Assembly: GCF_011745625.1 (NCBI RefSeq)
Contig: NW_027191477.1
Span: forward strand, 124,001-188,000
Length of the DNA: 64,000 bases
Direction: 5' to 3'
Source of the DNA: Cladosporium halotolerans
Taxonomy: Eukaryota
Shown: positions 34,451 to 45,363 of the stretch, piece by piece
How positions within the stretch are numbered: position 1 is the first letter of the stretch
Layout of the letters: each line of letters begins with the position of its first letter
Notes under the pieces: model-generated
The model's input: only the letters and a program-made list of their open reading frames with translations
Database searches by the model: none
What the model was told of the DNA's origin: nothing
Position numbers and translations under genes: made by a program

Positions 34451-35377
34451 TTAACCACAAGCCACGGCAATGCTCTGGAAGCTGTCAGTATCGTAGCACC
34501 CCGCAGCGCCGACCCCTCGAATGCCTTGAATGGCAGTGAAAGTATTCTCTGTGCAGCCAAAGTCGGTGTAAGTAACGACCTTGCAGTTGCTCGCCAGGCT
34601 AGTGACAAAGAGGCTTGCCCCGTTACCACTTTGGTAGCACTTGTCTGGTTCGGTGATTGTCCCCAAGCGGGCACTGCGGCATTCTCCGCCAGCGTACGTG
34701 GTGATCTCGAGGCCTTCATCCTCTTGTCTTGACTCTGTGAGAGAAGTATCATCCTCAGGGATAAAAGGAGCGCCGTTTGCATCTACCCATTCGACTTGTT
34801 TCCAGTATTTATCCTCGGAGATGGACCTTTCGAAAGTGTCGTTAAAGCCGGGTGGAAGGTGATCTGGGTCTTCTGGTCTCTCCAGCTTAGCGAGACTGGA
34901 ATCAACATCCTTATGTGGCAAGCTGGAGTCATCTTCGTTTGGAGTCGTATGGTCCCCAATGCTTCTTCTCTTCTTCCTATAGCTGAAGCAATTCTGATTG
35001 TATTGGGAGTTTGCGTATTGCCTGGCGCACGACAGCTACGCACTAGTACCGAGAGATCGAGTGGTGAAACAGCTGACGGGGGAACCGAGGAAGACACTGT
35101 CCTGAACAGAGCATTGTGCGTTGAAATTGCCTCTATAGACAATGCTAATCTCCCCAACAGAGCCCTGAACGCCCGTGATGCGAAGCGATCCGCTCTTTTT
35201 AGCCCCTTTGCTGCAACAAGAGGCTTGCGGCCAGTTCTCTGTTGCACCGACGTCAGCTCTTACAGAGCATACTGCTAGAACTCCCTGACAGCCTCTGTTG
35301 TTGTATTTTCTCAGTGTCTGAGCGGAAGAAAGCCCGACGAGCAGCATGAAAGAAACATAGATGAAGGCATTGACCAT
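34451..35377 (-). pseudogene. Secreted two-domain Cys-rich precursor (308 codons) interrupted by one in-frame TAG at 35036-35038; pseudogene or recoded gene
   Basis: ORF-track pieces 35377-35036 and 34921-34451 are in the same frame and the 38 intervening codons are open (LSCARQYANSQYNQNCFSYRKKRRSIG..). Signal peptide MVNAFIYVSFMLLVGLSSA; the C-terminal half is paralogous to 36401-37090. Confidence 0.7.
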
Positions 35378-36400
35378 GTTTTGTGATGTGGTTGCTGTTG
35401 GAAATGAAGTAGTATAGCAGTTGCAGCCGTGTGCAGAGCGTTTCGGGTAGTAAATAGAGACTGAACAATGTGTAGAAGCACCCGCATCATTTATGTCTCC
35501 GAGAGTATTGAAGGTAGCGAGTGCGTCTTGTCATCTCGGATGCTGGCCTTGTCTCATGACGGGTGTCGTGCATTAGCACTGCAACATACATGGGCGAAGA
35601 GAGACTAAATGGTAACTATTGATTGTTTAGTCTTCCGAAAAGCACATGAACGTGAATCGGAGAGCTGGCTGTTGGGCCATTAGAAGAGCTCAGAAATTGC
35701 CAAATGAGCTAAGAATATATAGCAATGATGGAAACCCAAATCATCATACCGTCAAGAAGACAGATGGCAGGGAACGGGGCACAACTTGTAAGTTTTTTTG
35801 TTGTAGACTGAACTCTGTGAAATACCAGCGGGCAAACGATACTGCAAACCATGCTACGGGCATACAATATGCCCAAGGTTGCGTTGGGCTGCTACTTTTT
35901 GATTAGAAAGCATCGGCAGGATAAGGCCAGAGACCGAACTTAACCAGTCGAAGTCGCGAACATCTCATCAGAGATGTCGCCAGCTCGGAACCCGGGAAGG
36001 AGTCCAACAAGGTACTTGTGATTTAGCATGGGCCTTCAATGATCATGGGAGTTAAATGACGGGAGATTCTTGCATATAGGCACAATCCTCTGCAATCCTT
36101 CTTCGACGTCTCGACGTAACGTAATCATTCTGCTACACCCAAAAGCGATCAATATACAAGCATAAGCAACGTGGTAATCAAGGGCCGCTTGTCGAAGGCC
36201 CCGGCTCTACTCTGCAGTTTTGGCTTCGTATCTCGTAAGGTAGTATTCGAACCGCTCGCCCTGCTTGAAATGAGAGACTTCAGTATGCAAGATGTAATTT
36301 GGAGGTAATAAACGAACTATCATACAAAAGCTCTCACGCAGCTAGGCAAACCCAAGGGTCGGGTGTCTTGATCTGCCGAACCTCAGAATTGTCCCTACGG

Positions 36401-37090
36401 TTAGGCTGGCAAAGGCCTGCAGTCCACACGGACGCTAGAAAAAGTATCTGTAGTATAGCAACCACTTGCATCACTCAGAATTGGTATCATGTCTAACGAG
36501 TCTTCCGTGCAACGTTCATCCTCGAATGATACAACCGCACAATCGCTTGGAAGAGAGTTCACATAGATGCTCGACGCCTGCACACTGTAGCAGATCCCGC
36601 TCTCTACGACTCGCGCGACAATGTCACCATTGCAATCGATCTCTGGGTGCGCTTGCAGGGATAAGGGCTTCCTCGTGTCAGCTTTCTCACGCTCTCTATC
36701 CCGGGCATAAGGAATGCCATGCTTCTGTTCGTAATCGACTTGGTAGAAGTATTCCTTCTCAGATATTGGATTACCCAGTGCGTCGTAATAGCCAGGAGGT
36801 AGGTAATATGGATCGTGCTTCTGTGGTCCAGTCTCGTTCGCGGAATCGGGTTGATTGGCTATCTGGCGAACCTGATCGAGGTTTCCATCACTGTGAGGGA
36901 TGAAGTGATCTGGGGACAGATGGTGCATCCTTTGATCGTTGCGAGACTGCAACGATGATGGGAGGCCAGGAATATCCACAGCTGCTGTTTGATCCTGGCA
37001 GTAGAGAGCCCCACAGTTCGAGCTTTGTAGCGAGCTCGCCTGTGTCGCGAGACGGCAAAATAGCGTGGAAGCAAGCATCGAGACATGCAT
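36401..37090 (-). CDS. Putative secreted protein with C-terminal six-Cys domain, paralogue of 34451-35377
   Basis: AAAATG start and weak signal-like N-terminus. DPYYLPPGYYD..ISEKEYFYQV and the C-terminal domain ending GCYTTDTFSSVRVDC align with the neighbour. Confidence 0.7.
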   Translation of the reverse strand: MHVSMLASTLFCRLATQASSLQSSNCGALYCQDQTAAVDIPGLPSSLQSRNDQRMHHLSPDHFIPHSDGNLDQVRQIANQPDSANETGPQKHDPYYLPPGYYDALGNPISEKEYFYQVDYEQKHGIPYARDREREKADTRKPLSLQAHPEIDCNGDIVARVVESGICYSVQASSIYVNSLPSDCAVVSFEDERCTEDSLDMIPILSDASGCYTTDTFSSVRVDCRPLPA

Positions 37091-37880
37091 TTTTAATAGT
37101 GTTCTGCCGCAAGGTGAGCTTGGTGACGTTAATTGAAGGAAGCGAGGTGTTCGAACCTGGCAGATCGGAGACCAACCCTTTTCTTCTGCAGAGATGATGG
37201 CTCTAAGCCCGTGGTTCATGCTTGGTATGTACTCACGGTGCTCACACAGCATTATCCGACTTCCGCTTCCCTGCGCGCCTAAAAAGTGTTAGTCTCCGCG
37301 GGGCTCAAGACAGATATGTACTGTGACGATTCCCCCGCAATCCACGCTCAATGACTGTCACAATAGATCCGCCAGGATTCGCTGATATCTAAAACTGGAA
37401 AAGACGCCAAGGAAGTGGATGCTACGTACTTCGGAGGCTATGTGCGTTGATAGTAGAGCGGATTCAGCGGAAGGCCCAAAGCCACGATGTAACGAGGTCA
37501 CGCCCCGTGGCCACGCAAGTAAAGCCCGCTGAGGGCCGATTGCTACCTGCACTTGCAATAGCATTGCCAAAAAGGTATGCTTAACTATCGGACAAATGGT
37601 TCTTGTCCTTCATGGCTCCCGCCAAAGTCCGCGCCTGTCAGAGCTAGACACTCAAATTCGGGTATCTCGTCCGTTCTATCATACACAAGCAATAAGCCAG
37701 ACGACGATGTTCTAGATCCCGGCCTTTCGTAAGTGCTTGCAATTTCTTCGATCTTTTATGCATTGCAAGATTGGGTGGTTCCTCCAATGGCCCGTCAGTT
37801 CTCCACGCCGAAGAGTGGTGGGAGGGAAAGACATGAGAGCGATCCTTTTTGGCATTTAGGCACCATCCTAGGTTCACCTC

Positions 37881-40244
37881 TCACTTTCCCCCAACAATCC
37901 CCCTGGCCCTCTTCCTCTCGTCGGCATCCAACTTCCAATTGACGCCCGTAACCCTCTCCAAGTTGACTCCACTCAACCCCTCAATCTCCTCCCACTCGTC
38001 ACTCTCCATGTTCATCACCAAACAAATCTGCACGCACCGCGCGAACAAATCCCTCAAATCGTACCTCCCGCCCTTAACAGCCGCCGCCACAATCCCCGCA
38101 ATATCCCTCTCCAGCCTCACAGCGCCCAAGTCGTTGACACGACCATAATAAGCCCACAACCTCTTCTCGAGCGTGCGAGCCAGCAGCGAGACAGTCGACG
38201 TCAGCAAGCGATCATAGTTCGCGGGTGTCAAGATCCGTTTCAGCGGAAGCGTGAAAGCCTGCCAGCCGCGCTCAAAGCGGCGAGGGACAAGGTCGTCGTT
38301 CGGATCCGCGCGGTCGTCGCCGTCGCTGGCGGAAGAGTCGTCGGCGTAGTCGACGTCGCGGAAGGTGTCGAGCAGGACTGGGCGCAGGCGCGGGCGCATG
38401 ACTTGCTTGAGCATGACTTCGGTTGCTTCGGCGATGAGCTCGGAGGTTTTGGCTTCGAAGCTGGATTCGATGGATCGGAGGGCTTTTTCGGCGAAAACGG
38501 CGTCATGGTTGAACGGGAAAGTGTCGGCTAGGAGGGAGCCGGCGGGGGGTTGAGTGGGAGTGGTTGTAGGTTGACCGAGGCAGGTGCGAACAATCCGGCG
38601 GACGTAGTCGGTCGCAGTATCGAGGTTGTTGAGAAGGACGAGGAAGGAGATGATGAGGTTTTCGGGCGGGAGGGCTCCCTGGATGGCGGCTTTGGGATAG
38701 CTTTCGTCGCGCATCTTGCGCTGGATCATGCCGAAGAAGTCGGAGCCGAGGACTCTCCCGATTGCTGGGAAGACGCTGGCGACGACGGGGCGTTGAGATG
38801 TGGAAAGGGTGCGCTGAAGCACTTGGTTGACGATGTACATCACGTCGTCGACCGCCGAGGTGATGAAGGGAGGGTTGGCGCCAAGTGGCTTGTTTGGGTT
38901 CAGAGACAGGTCTGTAGGTGCTTCGTCCAGTTGGAACGACTTTTCGACAGATCTTCGGAAGAAGAATCCGGCCATGGTATTGAAAGGATGAATGAGGAGA
39001 TCTTGCATCTTCTTCTGTATGTTACTGTTTGCGATGAAAGGCGGGACTGACAGTTTTGTCTCGGTCTCATGTCCCACAGTGACCTTATTCGCGAGGAAGC
39101 GCGTGTATAGCGCCCACCGCCCGAGCATCGTAGCACTTTCGTTGAGTAGAGCATCAATCTCCCGCATGTCGACGCCCTCATCTTCACTCGGTCTCCCAGA
39201 ACCTGGGCCGGGCGATCCAGTTCGGGACTGCACCGAGCTCGGTTTTTGTGAGGGCAGGAAACTTTGAACGAGAAAGTTGAAGGGGTAGCTTTTCACTTCA
39301 GTCAGCTTACGAGCGACCTTCCTTTCTTCCGACCAAGTGTCGAGGATGATGCCGCCTTGCACATCGGCTTCGACCTGGATTCGCTCAATGACTTTCGTCA
39401 TACTGCCCGGGCCGTAGTGTCTTTCCACAAGCGGCTGGTGGCCTTCCACGATCTGTGCGATATGCTCAAACAGCTTAGTAAGCGTGCTGGCGTAGAACAG
39501 GCCACCCTGTCTTTGCGTGGAGCTCATATTGCTGCGTGCCCTAGCTGCAATACCACCGCACACGTATTTGCCATAAGCATCGAGACCAACATCGGAACGT
39601 CCGATCAACGGGAACAGCTTGAAGAAGCGAGTGACGCCGGCTCCGTTGCCAGCCTGCGCGGCCTTTTCGAATTCCCGCAGGAAAAGTCCACACAGACTCT
39701 CCGCAGCAGAATCCAAAGTCTGTCGAGGGAGGTCAGGCACTTCAGCAGTAGGGACAATTTCCTCGGCGAAAGCGCCGTCAATGACAGAGTCGGGGATCAG
39801 TGATGCTCGGTGCAGGTAGCTAGCGGCAGTCTCCCAGTCTTGAAGCGCACCCATCGAGCCCGTCACGCCCAGGACGCATGACTTCAACTCCGCAACCTGC
39901 TCGACGACATCCAGAGTTGCCTTGACGGCGGCCTGCTCCCGATCGAGCTTTTTGACGGCACCGGAAATTCGATGCGCGGTCGCGGCGGCGGAGGAAAGCA
40001 TGCCATTGCTGATAGACCTGGTGGCGACGACCTGTGAGCCCAGCTGGGCGCGTGCGAGATCCAGACGGCCAAGTTGGCGGTTCAAGTCTTTTTGCGATGC
40101 CAGTAGATCGTCCAGACGGGCGGTCACGTTGGCCTCACGTGCTCCAAGTTCCGCGAGAGTAGACCGAATTTCTTCGACGGAGGCGGCATTGTAGATGCTG
40201 CTGTCTGTCAGTGAGGCAGTGTTCGCCAGGCTATCGTTGGCCAT
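37881..40244 (-). CDS. COG4: Conserved oligomeric Golgi complex subunit 4
   Basis: TLDVVEQVAELKSCVLGV, QDWETAA, TRFFKLFPLIG, LFEHIAQIV..HQPLVERHYG, TSAVDDVMYI, LGAVRLERDI, LDADERKRAR. Confidence 0.92.
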   Translation of the reverse strand: MANDSLANTASLTDSSIYNAASVEEIRSTLAELGAREANVTARLDDLLASQKDLNRQLGRLDLARAQLGSQVVATRSISNGMLSSAAATAHRISGAVKKLDREQAAVKATLDVVEQVAELKSCVLGVTGSMGALQDWETAASYLHRASLIPDSVIDGAFAEEIVPTAEVPDLPRQTLDSAAESLCGLFLREFEKAAQAGNGAGVTRFFKLFPLIGRSDVGLDAYGKYVCGGIAARARSNMSSTQRQGGLFYASTLTKLFEHIAQIVEGHQPLVERHYGPGSMTKVIERIQVEADVQGGIILDTWSEERKVARKLTEVKSYPFNFLVQSFLPSQKPSSVQSRTGSPGPGSGRPSEDEGVDMREIDALLNESATMLGRWALYTRFLANKVTVGHETETKLSVPPFIANSNIQKKMQDLLIHPFNTMAGFFFRRSVEKSFQLDEAPTDLSLNPNKPLGANPPFITSAVDDVMYIVNQVLQRTLSTSQRPVVASVFPAIGRVLGSDFFGMIQRKMRDESYPKAAIQGALPPENLIISFLVLLNNLDTATDYVRRIVRTCLGQPTTTPTQPPAGSLLADTFPFNHDAVFAEKALRSIESSFEAKTSELIAEATEVMLKQVMRPRLRPVLLDTFRDVDYADDSSASDGDDRADPNDDLVPRRFERGWQAFTLPLKRILTPANYDRLLTSTVSLLARTLEKRLWAYYGRVNDLGAVRLERDIAGIVAAAVKGGRYDLRDLFARCVQICLVMNMESDEWEEIEGLSGVNLERVTGVNWKLDADERKRARGIVGGK

Positions 40245-40997
40245 GGTGGTAGCGAATACTATTAAACACAGCCTAGCGAGTATTCCAATCTCGAGACGAA
40301 GCGACGTCTGGCTGGCGCTGATGACACGCAGGCGCTACGGCAGACGAAGTTCCACACCTGTCCGGCTTCGTCGCAGCGCGCGGTAGGAGCCGTGTTTCAG
40401 GGCGTGTGGAGTCTGTTTACGTTGCTTGGTAACGCTTCGTCCAATGGCTTGATTATGCCCGTCTTCACACGTCGTCAGCAGTTGGCGCTATCGTATGGCT
40501 GTGCTGAGATCTGGTACTTCTGTACATAGCCGGATCCTGGTCACTGCGAGCTGCGCCCACTGCCAACATCCATGCTGCCGCTGCCCGGAACAACGTGCAG
40601 GCGCCACAATCGCGCGAGCTGAGTGAGATCGTCGCCCGGAAGTCTGGACTCCTCATCCTTGCTTTACGACAAAATATACAGGCACCTCCGACTTGCCTGC
40701 TTTGTCCTACACTTTGGCCAACTCCCGCCTGAGACACCCCACGACCTACGAATGGTCTAGAAAGAGAACCTGGAGAGCTATACCCCACCAAAGCGACATT
40801 CATACCCCGAGCCACCCAACCTAGTCGACAGTGCACTTCTGGACTCCTCCACTGAGGTCTGAAGGATCGCAAACGCGAGTCTGTCGCAGACTCACATCGA
40901 AGGCTTGTTGATAGCGGGACACAAGGAGCCTACACGGATCACATACATGCCGCGTACTGGCCCGTGACGAACGCACGCTCCCCCTCAAACCTCTCTC

Positions 40998-43147
40998 ATG
41001 GACGCTGCCGGCCATGTCGCCCTCGAGACCGCCAACCTCTATGCCCGCGCGGGCGCGAGCAGCGACTCGAGCGAAGACCGTCCGGCGATCTACAAAGTAG
41101 TCGGCATCATCCTGGCGGTCTGCTCCGGCCTGTTCATCGGTGTCAGCTTCGTGGTCAAGAAGATAGGATTGCTCAAGGCCAATGTGAAGTACAATGAGGA
41201 GGCCGGCGAGGGATACGGATACCTTAAGAATGCGTGGTGGTGGACAGGCATGACGCTGATGATCGTGGGCGAGGGCTGCAACTTCGCGGCGTACATGTTT
41301 GTGGATGCGATCATGGTCACACCTCTGGGCGCGCTGTCCGTGGTCGTGACGACGATATTGAGCGCGATCTTCTTGAAAGAGAAGCTGAGCTTCGTCGGCA
41401 AGATGTCTTGTTTTCTGGCCATTCTCGGATCGGTTATCATCGTGCTGAATGCACCGGAGCAGAGCGCCGTCTCTGACATTCAACAGATGCAGAAGTTCGT
41501 CATTTCGCCTGGCTTCCTGACATATACTGGCATCGTGATAGTTGGGTGCGCCTTCACGGCTCTATGGGCTGGACCTCGCTACGGAAAGAAAACCATGATG
41601 GTCTACCTCACCATTTGCAGCATGATTGGAGGCCTCAGTGTCGTTGCGACACAAGGCCTGGGCTCTGCGATTATTGCGCAGATTAACGGCAAAGCACAGT
41701 TCAACCAATGGTTCACTTACGTACTGCTTGTGTTTGTGATACTGACACTGCTCACCGAAATCATCTACCTGAACGTATGTATTCATGACCCAGCGTCGTC
41801 TACAACAGTCAAGCTGACACGTCGCAGAAAGCTCTCAACATCTTCAACGCAGCGCTCGTTACGCCAACGTACTATGTATATTTTACCTCAGCCACCATCG
41901 TTGCATCAGCGGTACTCTTCCAAGGCTTCAAGGGAACAGCGGTCTCAATATCGACCGTGGTCATGGGCTTTTTAGTCATCTGTGTCGGCGTCGTCCTGCT
42001 GCAGCTGGCAAAGTCATCCAAAGACGTCCCCGAAACAGAAGTCTTCAAAGGCGAAATCGACCAGATCCGCACGATAGCCGAGCAAGAAGAGCCAGAGTAC
42101 GAGCCCCGAGCAGACACAATCCGCGGAGGCGCCGCAATCGTCCGCGCCCTGAGTCGCACCCGCACCAAGAGACAAGCAAAGGAAGCTCACAGGATCCACG
42201 AAGAGCGCATGGAAGCCATCGGCGAGAACGAAACGGTAGAATGGGACGGCCTGAAGCGGCGAAAGACTACTAGCACTGCGTCTGGCTCCATCAAGCGCTC
42301 CAACACCGTCCACCCGCCCCTCGGCATGAGCCACATGCCGACCGAAGACTCCGACAGCGAGCCCGAAGAAGACATGCACCCGGGCTTCTTCAGTCGGCTG
42401 GGACGCAAAATGACCACCGCCGCTGGCGGCCACCGCAAAGCCTCCGGCCACAGCCCCGTCCCCATGGCTTCCGTGAATATCCACCCCAAACGCACCTCCT
42501 CCGACGACCACGACACCGCCTACCACTCGCCCGGCCCCTCCGGCGCCGGCGGGCCTCACCTCCGCTGGGCCGGCGCAGAAGAACCAGACCGCTCCTCCTC
42601 GCGCGGCAGCAGTCTCGCCCCGCGCCCGCCACCGCACGTCCTCCCGCCCACTACCTCTTCCTCCTCAGGGCCCGAAGGCAAGCGGCAATTCTCCTTCCAC
42701 AACGTGTTCACGCGCAGCCGGTCCGGCACGGGCGCCACATCCCTCACAGCGCCCGACGAAGAGCACCGGCCCGTAAGCCGGGGTGCACTGAGTTTCGTGC
42801 GCGGCGGGAGAGCGAACGCCAGCACGACGGAAGAAGAGCGGCTGGGACTGGTGCACGGGGACTCCGGCAAGGGGATTCCGGAAGGCGAGGACGAGGACCG
42901 GCGGGACAGCGACGAGTGGCAGATGGCGAGCGGGGCGGAGTCGTCGTCGCCGGAGATGGTGGGGGCGAGTCCGCCGCAGGGGGGCGATCTGGGGTATGCG
43001 TCTGCGTCAGGAGGGATGGGGAGGGGGAGGAGGGATCCGTATGGGGATTATGAGGAGGATGAGTTTGATATGGCGAGGCGGAGTCCGCGGACGAGCTTTG
43101 GGGGAAGGAGTAGGGATAGTGGAGGCGGGGGAGGGGCGTTTGTCTAG
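40998..43147 (+). CDS. NIPA/DUF803 magnesium transporter; exons 40998-41774 and 41828-43147
   Basis: GLFIGVSFVVKKIGL, YLKNAWWWTGM, GEGCNFAAY, VTPLGALSV. A 53-nt intron 41775-41827 gives IIYLNKALNIFN; long disordered C-tail. Confidence 0.93.
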
Positions 43148-43631
43148 GTGACGGTGGCGTGTCTTGGGCGGGGGTGATTCTTCGTGCGTTTCAGCGGTTC
43201 TCCTGCGTTTCGTGTGTCTATCTTGGGGCGTGGGGGTGGACATGAACATGGTCATGGGTGTATCGGAACAGAACATACTTCACGGAGAGCACGGGCGCGC
43301 TGTATATTACTGCTGGTCCAGGCTGGGGTTTCACAGCATTGCAATAAAGTACATCCTCAGGTATAGGGTGGCTCTCGGGTCACACGGATTGCTTACGTCT
43401 TCCCTAGCTCCGTACCATGTAGCACCAACACAGCACTTCAACTTCAGACGCATGTCAGTGAGCTCTTGCGAGCGCTCGATTAGATCTATAACGCGAAGTC
43501 TAATCTAACCATTTTATCCATTTTATCATCAGGCCGATCCAAACCGTCCGGCTGACGTTCCGAAATGCAAACCCAGCAGACGCCCATTTTGTTCACTCGT
43601 AACGCGTTTGATTGCATGCAAAGTCTTTCGC

Positions 43632-44658
43632 TCAGAGCAGCGTATCGCCCAGCGCGCAACGGACAATGCTCACGCCCGACCGCACCGTCTCCGCCGCGCC
43701 AGCCTCCTCAAGGCTAGGGTTGACTTCGACCAAGTCCAGCGCGACGAGACTGCCCGTCTCGTGCACGCACTCAGCGATGAAATCGCCCTCGCGCAGCGTC
43801 AGACCGCCTCGAACCGCAGTGCCCGTGCTAGGAGCGAACCGCGGGTCGAGTGCGTCGATGTCGAACGACAGGTGAATGGGAGTGTCCGACCCGATCCAGC
43901 CGAGCGCCATGTCCATGACCTTGCCAATGCCGTGGCGGTCGATATCGTGCATGCTGAACGCCTTGATGCCGTGCTCGCGCAGGATCTTCTTCTCGCCGCG
44001 GTCGACGTCGCGCAGGCCGATGTAGACGAGCTTCTTGACGCTGACGCGGTGCTCGTCCTTGAGCCAGCCGAAGGGCGCGTCGGGCTTGTCGGACGCGAGG
44101 CCCGTGAGGAAGGCGACGGGCATGCCGTGGATGTTGCCGCTGTCGGAGGTCTCGGGGGTGTTTATGTCGGCGTGGGCGTCTACCCAGATGACGGCCATGT
44201 CACGGCCGAGGCGCTCGCGGATAGCCTTGGCGGTGCCGCTGATGGTGCCGATGGCGATGCTGTGGTCGCCGCCGAGGGTGAGGACGCAGCGGCCCTCCTT
44301 GGCGTGGTCGTAGACTTGCTGGCTGAGGGCCTGGGTGACGGCGGAGACGGCGCGCGGCTTCTTCATGCCGCGATGGTCCGGGTCGGAGGAGGGGAGGAGC
44401 TCGGTGTAGGAGTGGACCTTGTTGTCGAAGTGGATGTTGTACTCGAGGTCGTCTTTCAGCTGGTCGGCCAGGCCTGATTCTATCAGAGCCATTGGCGCGG
44501 CGTCAACGCCTGCTTTGCACTGGTTTTGGAGTCAGGGTCGGCGAGCGAGCTTGATGTGATTAACGCAATCTTACCTGGCCGCCGGAGAAGCCCACGGCGA
44601 CAATACCCAAGTCAGTGCCATTCTTGAGGAACTTGGGCTGGAGGGTCGGCGCGTCCAT
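43632..44658 (-). CDS. CAR1: Arginase; exons 44658-44575 and 44519-43632
   Basis: GFSGGQ/CKAGV joined across a 55-nt intron 44520-44574; GGDHS, DAHADIN, SGNIHGMP, SFDIDALDP, APSTGT, VEVNP. Confidence 0.97.
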
Positions 44659-45363
44659 GGCGCTTGATAAGTAGCGGAATTGAGTGAGAGAAAAGGCCAC
44701 CGCGTCCCTAGGGGATCAATGTATGTGTTTCAAGGAAGACGTCGCAGGTACTTTAGAAAAGTGTCTAGAAGTGAAGTACGCGCGGTATTGGTATGTCACA
44801 CAGGCAAAGAAATGCTTAGAATGAAAGTAGCGAATATGGAGGGAGAAAGAAAACTGCAACGGGGGCGAACCAGTCGCTTTTTACCTTCGTCTGACCACCA
44901 GCGCTATCCGTGAGGCCTTACGAGACAGAAATTGGGCTTCGTGTGGGCGTGGCGCCTCCAGTTGTGTTTAGAGGATGAAATCGCTTGCGCCTGTACTTAG
45001 AGGATGCGCGTCGGTACAGCCTGTACTTAACGGAATGCGACGCTGGGCACGAGCCACGCGCGCCGCGGCTGGCGGTGGAGTCGTGTGCCGGGGCTAGCCG
45101 GCCTATCTCATCATTCATGCCGCCATGACTGTGGGCCGAGATGTGGGAGATAGCGAGCGAGACACGTGATGTTTCTGACGCGTGACAGCTCGCCTGTGTA
45201 AGTGAATGGCTTGACGACGGAGGGGTACTCGAAGATCGCACTGCATGCAGGCCCTTTCCGTGAGAATCGCAGATGCTCTTCCAATTTCTGGCTATCACGG
45301 CTATTCTATACTACAAGCAGGACTTCTGCTGTCGCGCGCTCCATGAAACGCCTTCGAGGACCC

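Noticed and set aside
34960..35050. Intron removing the TAG in the secreted precursor (GTGCGT or GTAGCT donors)
   Set aside because: No CTRAY branch site; the good donor is out of phase with the nearby YAG acceptors; removal would delete two Cys.
36241..36262. GGTTCGAATAC B-box-like sequence on the minus strand (tRNA?)
   Set aside because: No T-stem pairing, A-box or cloverleaf.
24200..37600. HeLo/HELL/SesB/gasdermin-type effector or a transposon near the NLR
   Set aside because: No ORF with such a domain, no two-repeat C-terminal prion-forming domain, and no transposase, LTR or TIR recognised.
43608..44477. Long antisense ORFs over arginase, the permease, NIPA and other GC3-rich genes
   Set aside because: Expected shadow ORFs from high third-position GC; no independent coding signal.
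1863..44658. ARG7 and arginase in one window as an arginine gene cluster
   Set aside because: They are 40 kb apart with many unrelated genes between them; chance linkage suffices.
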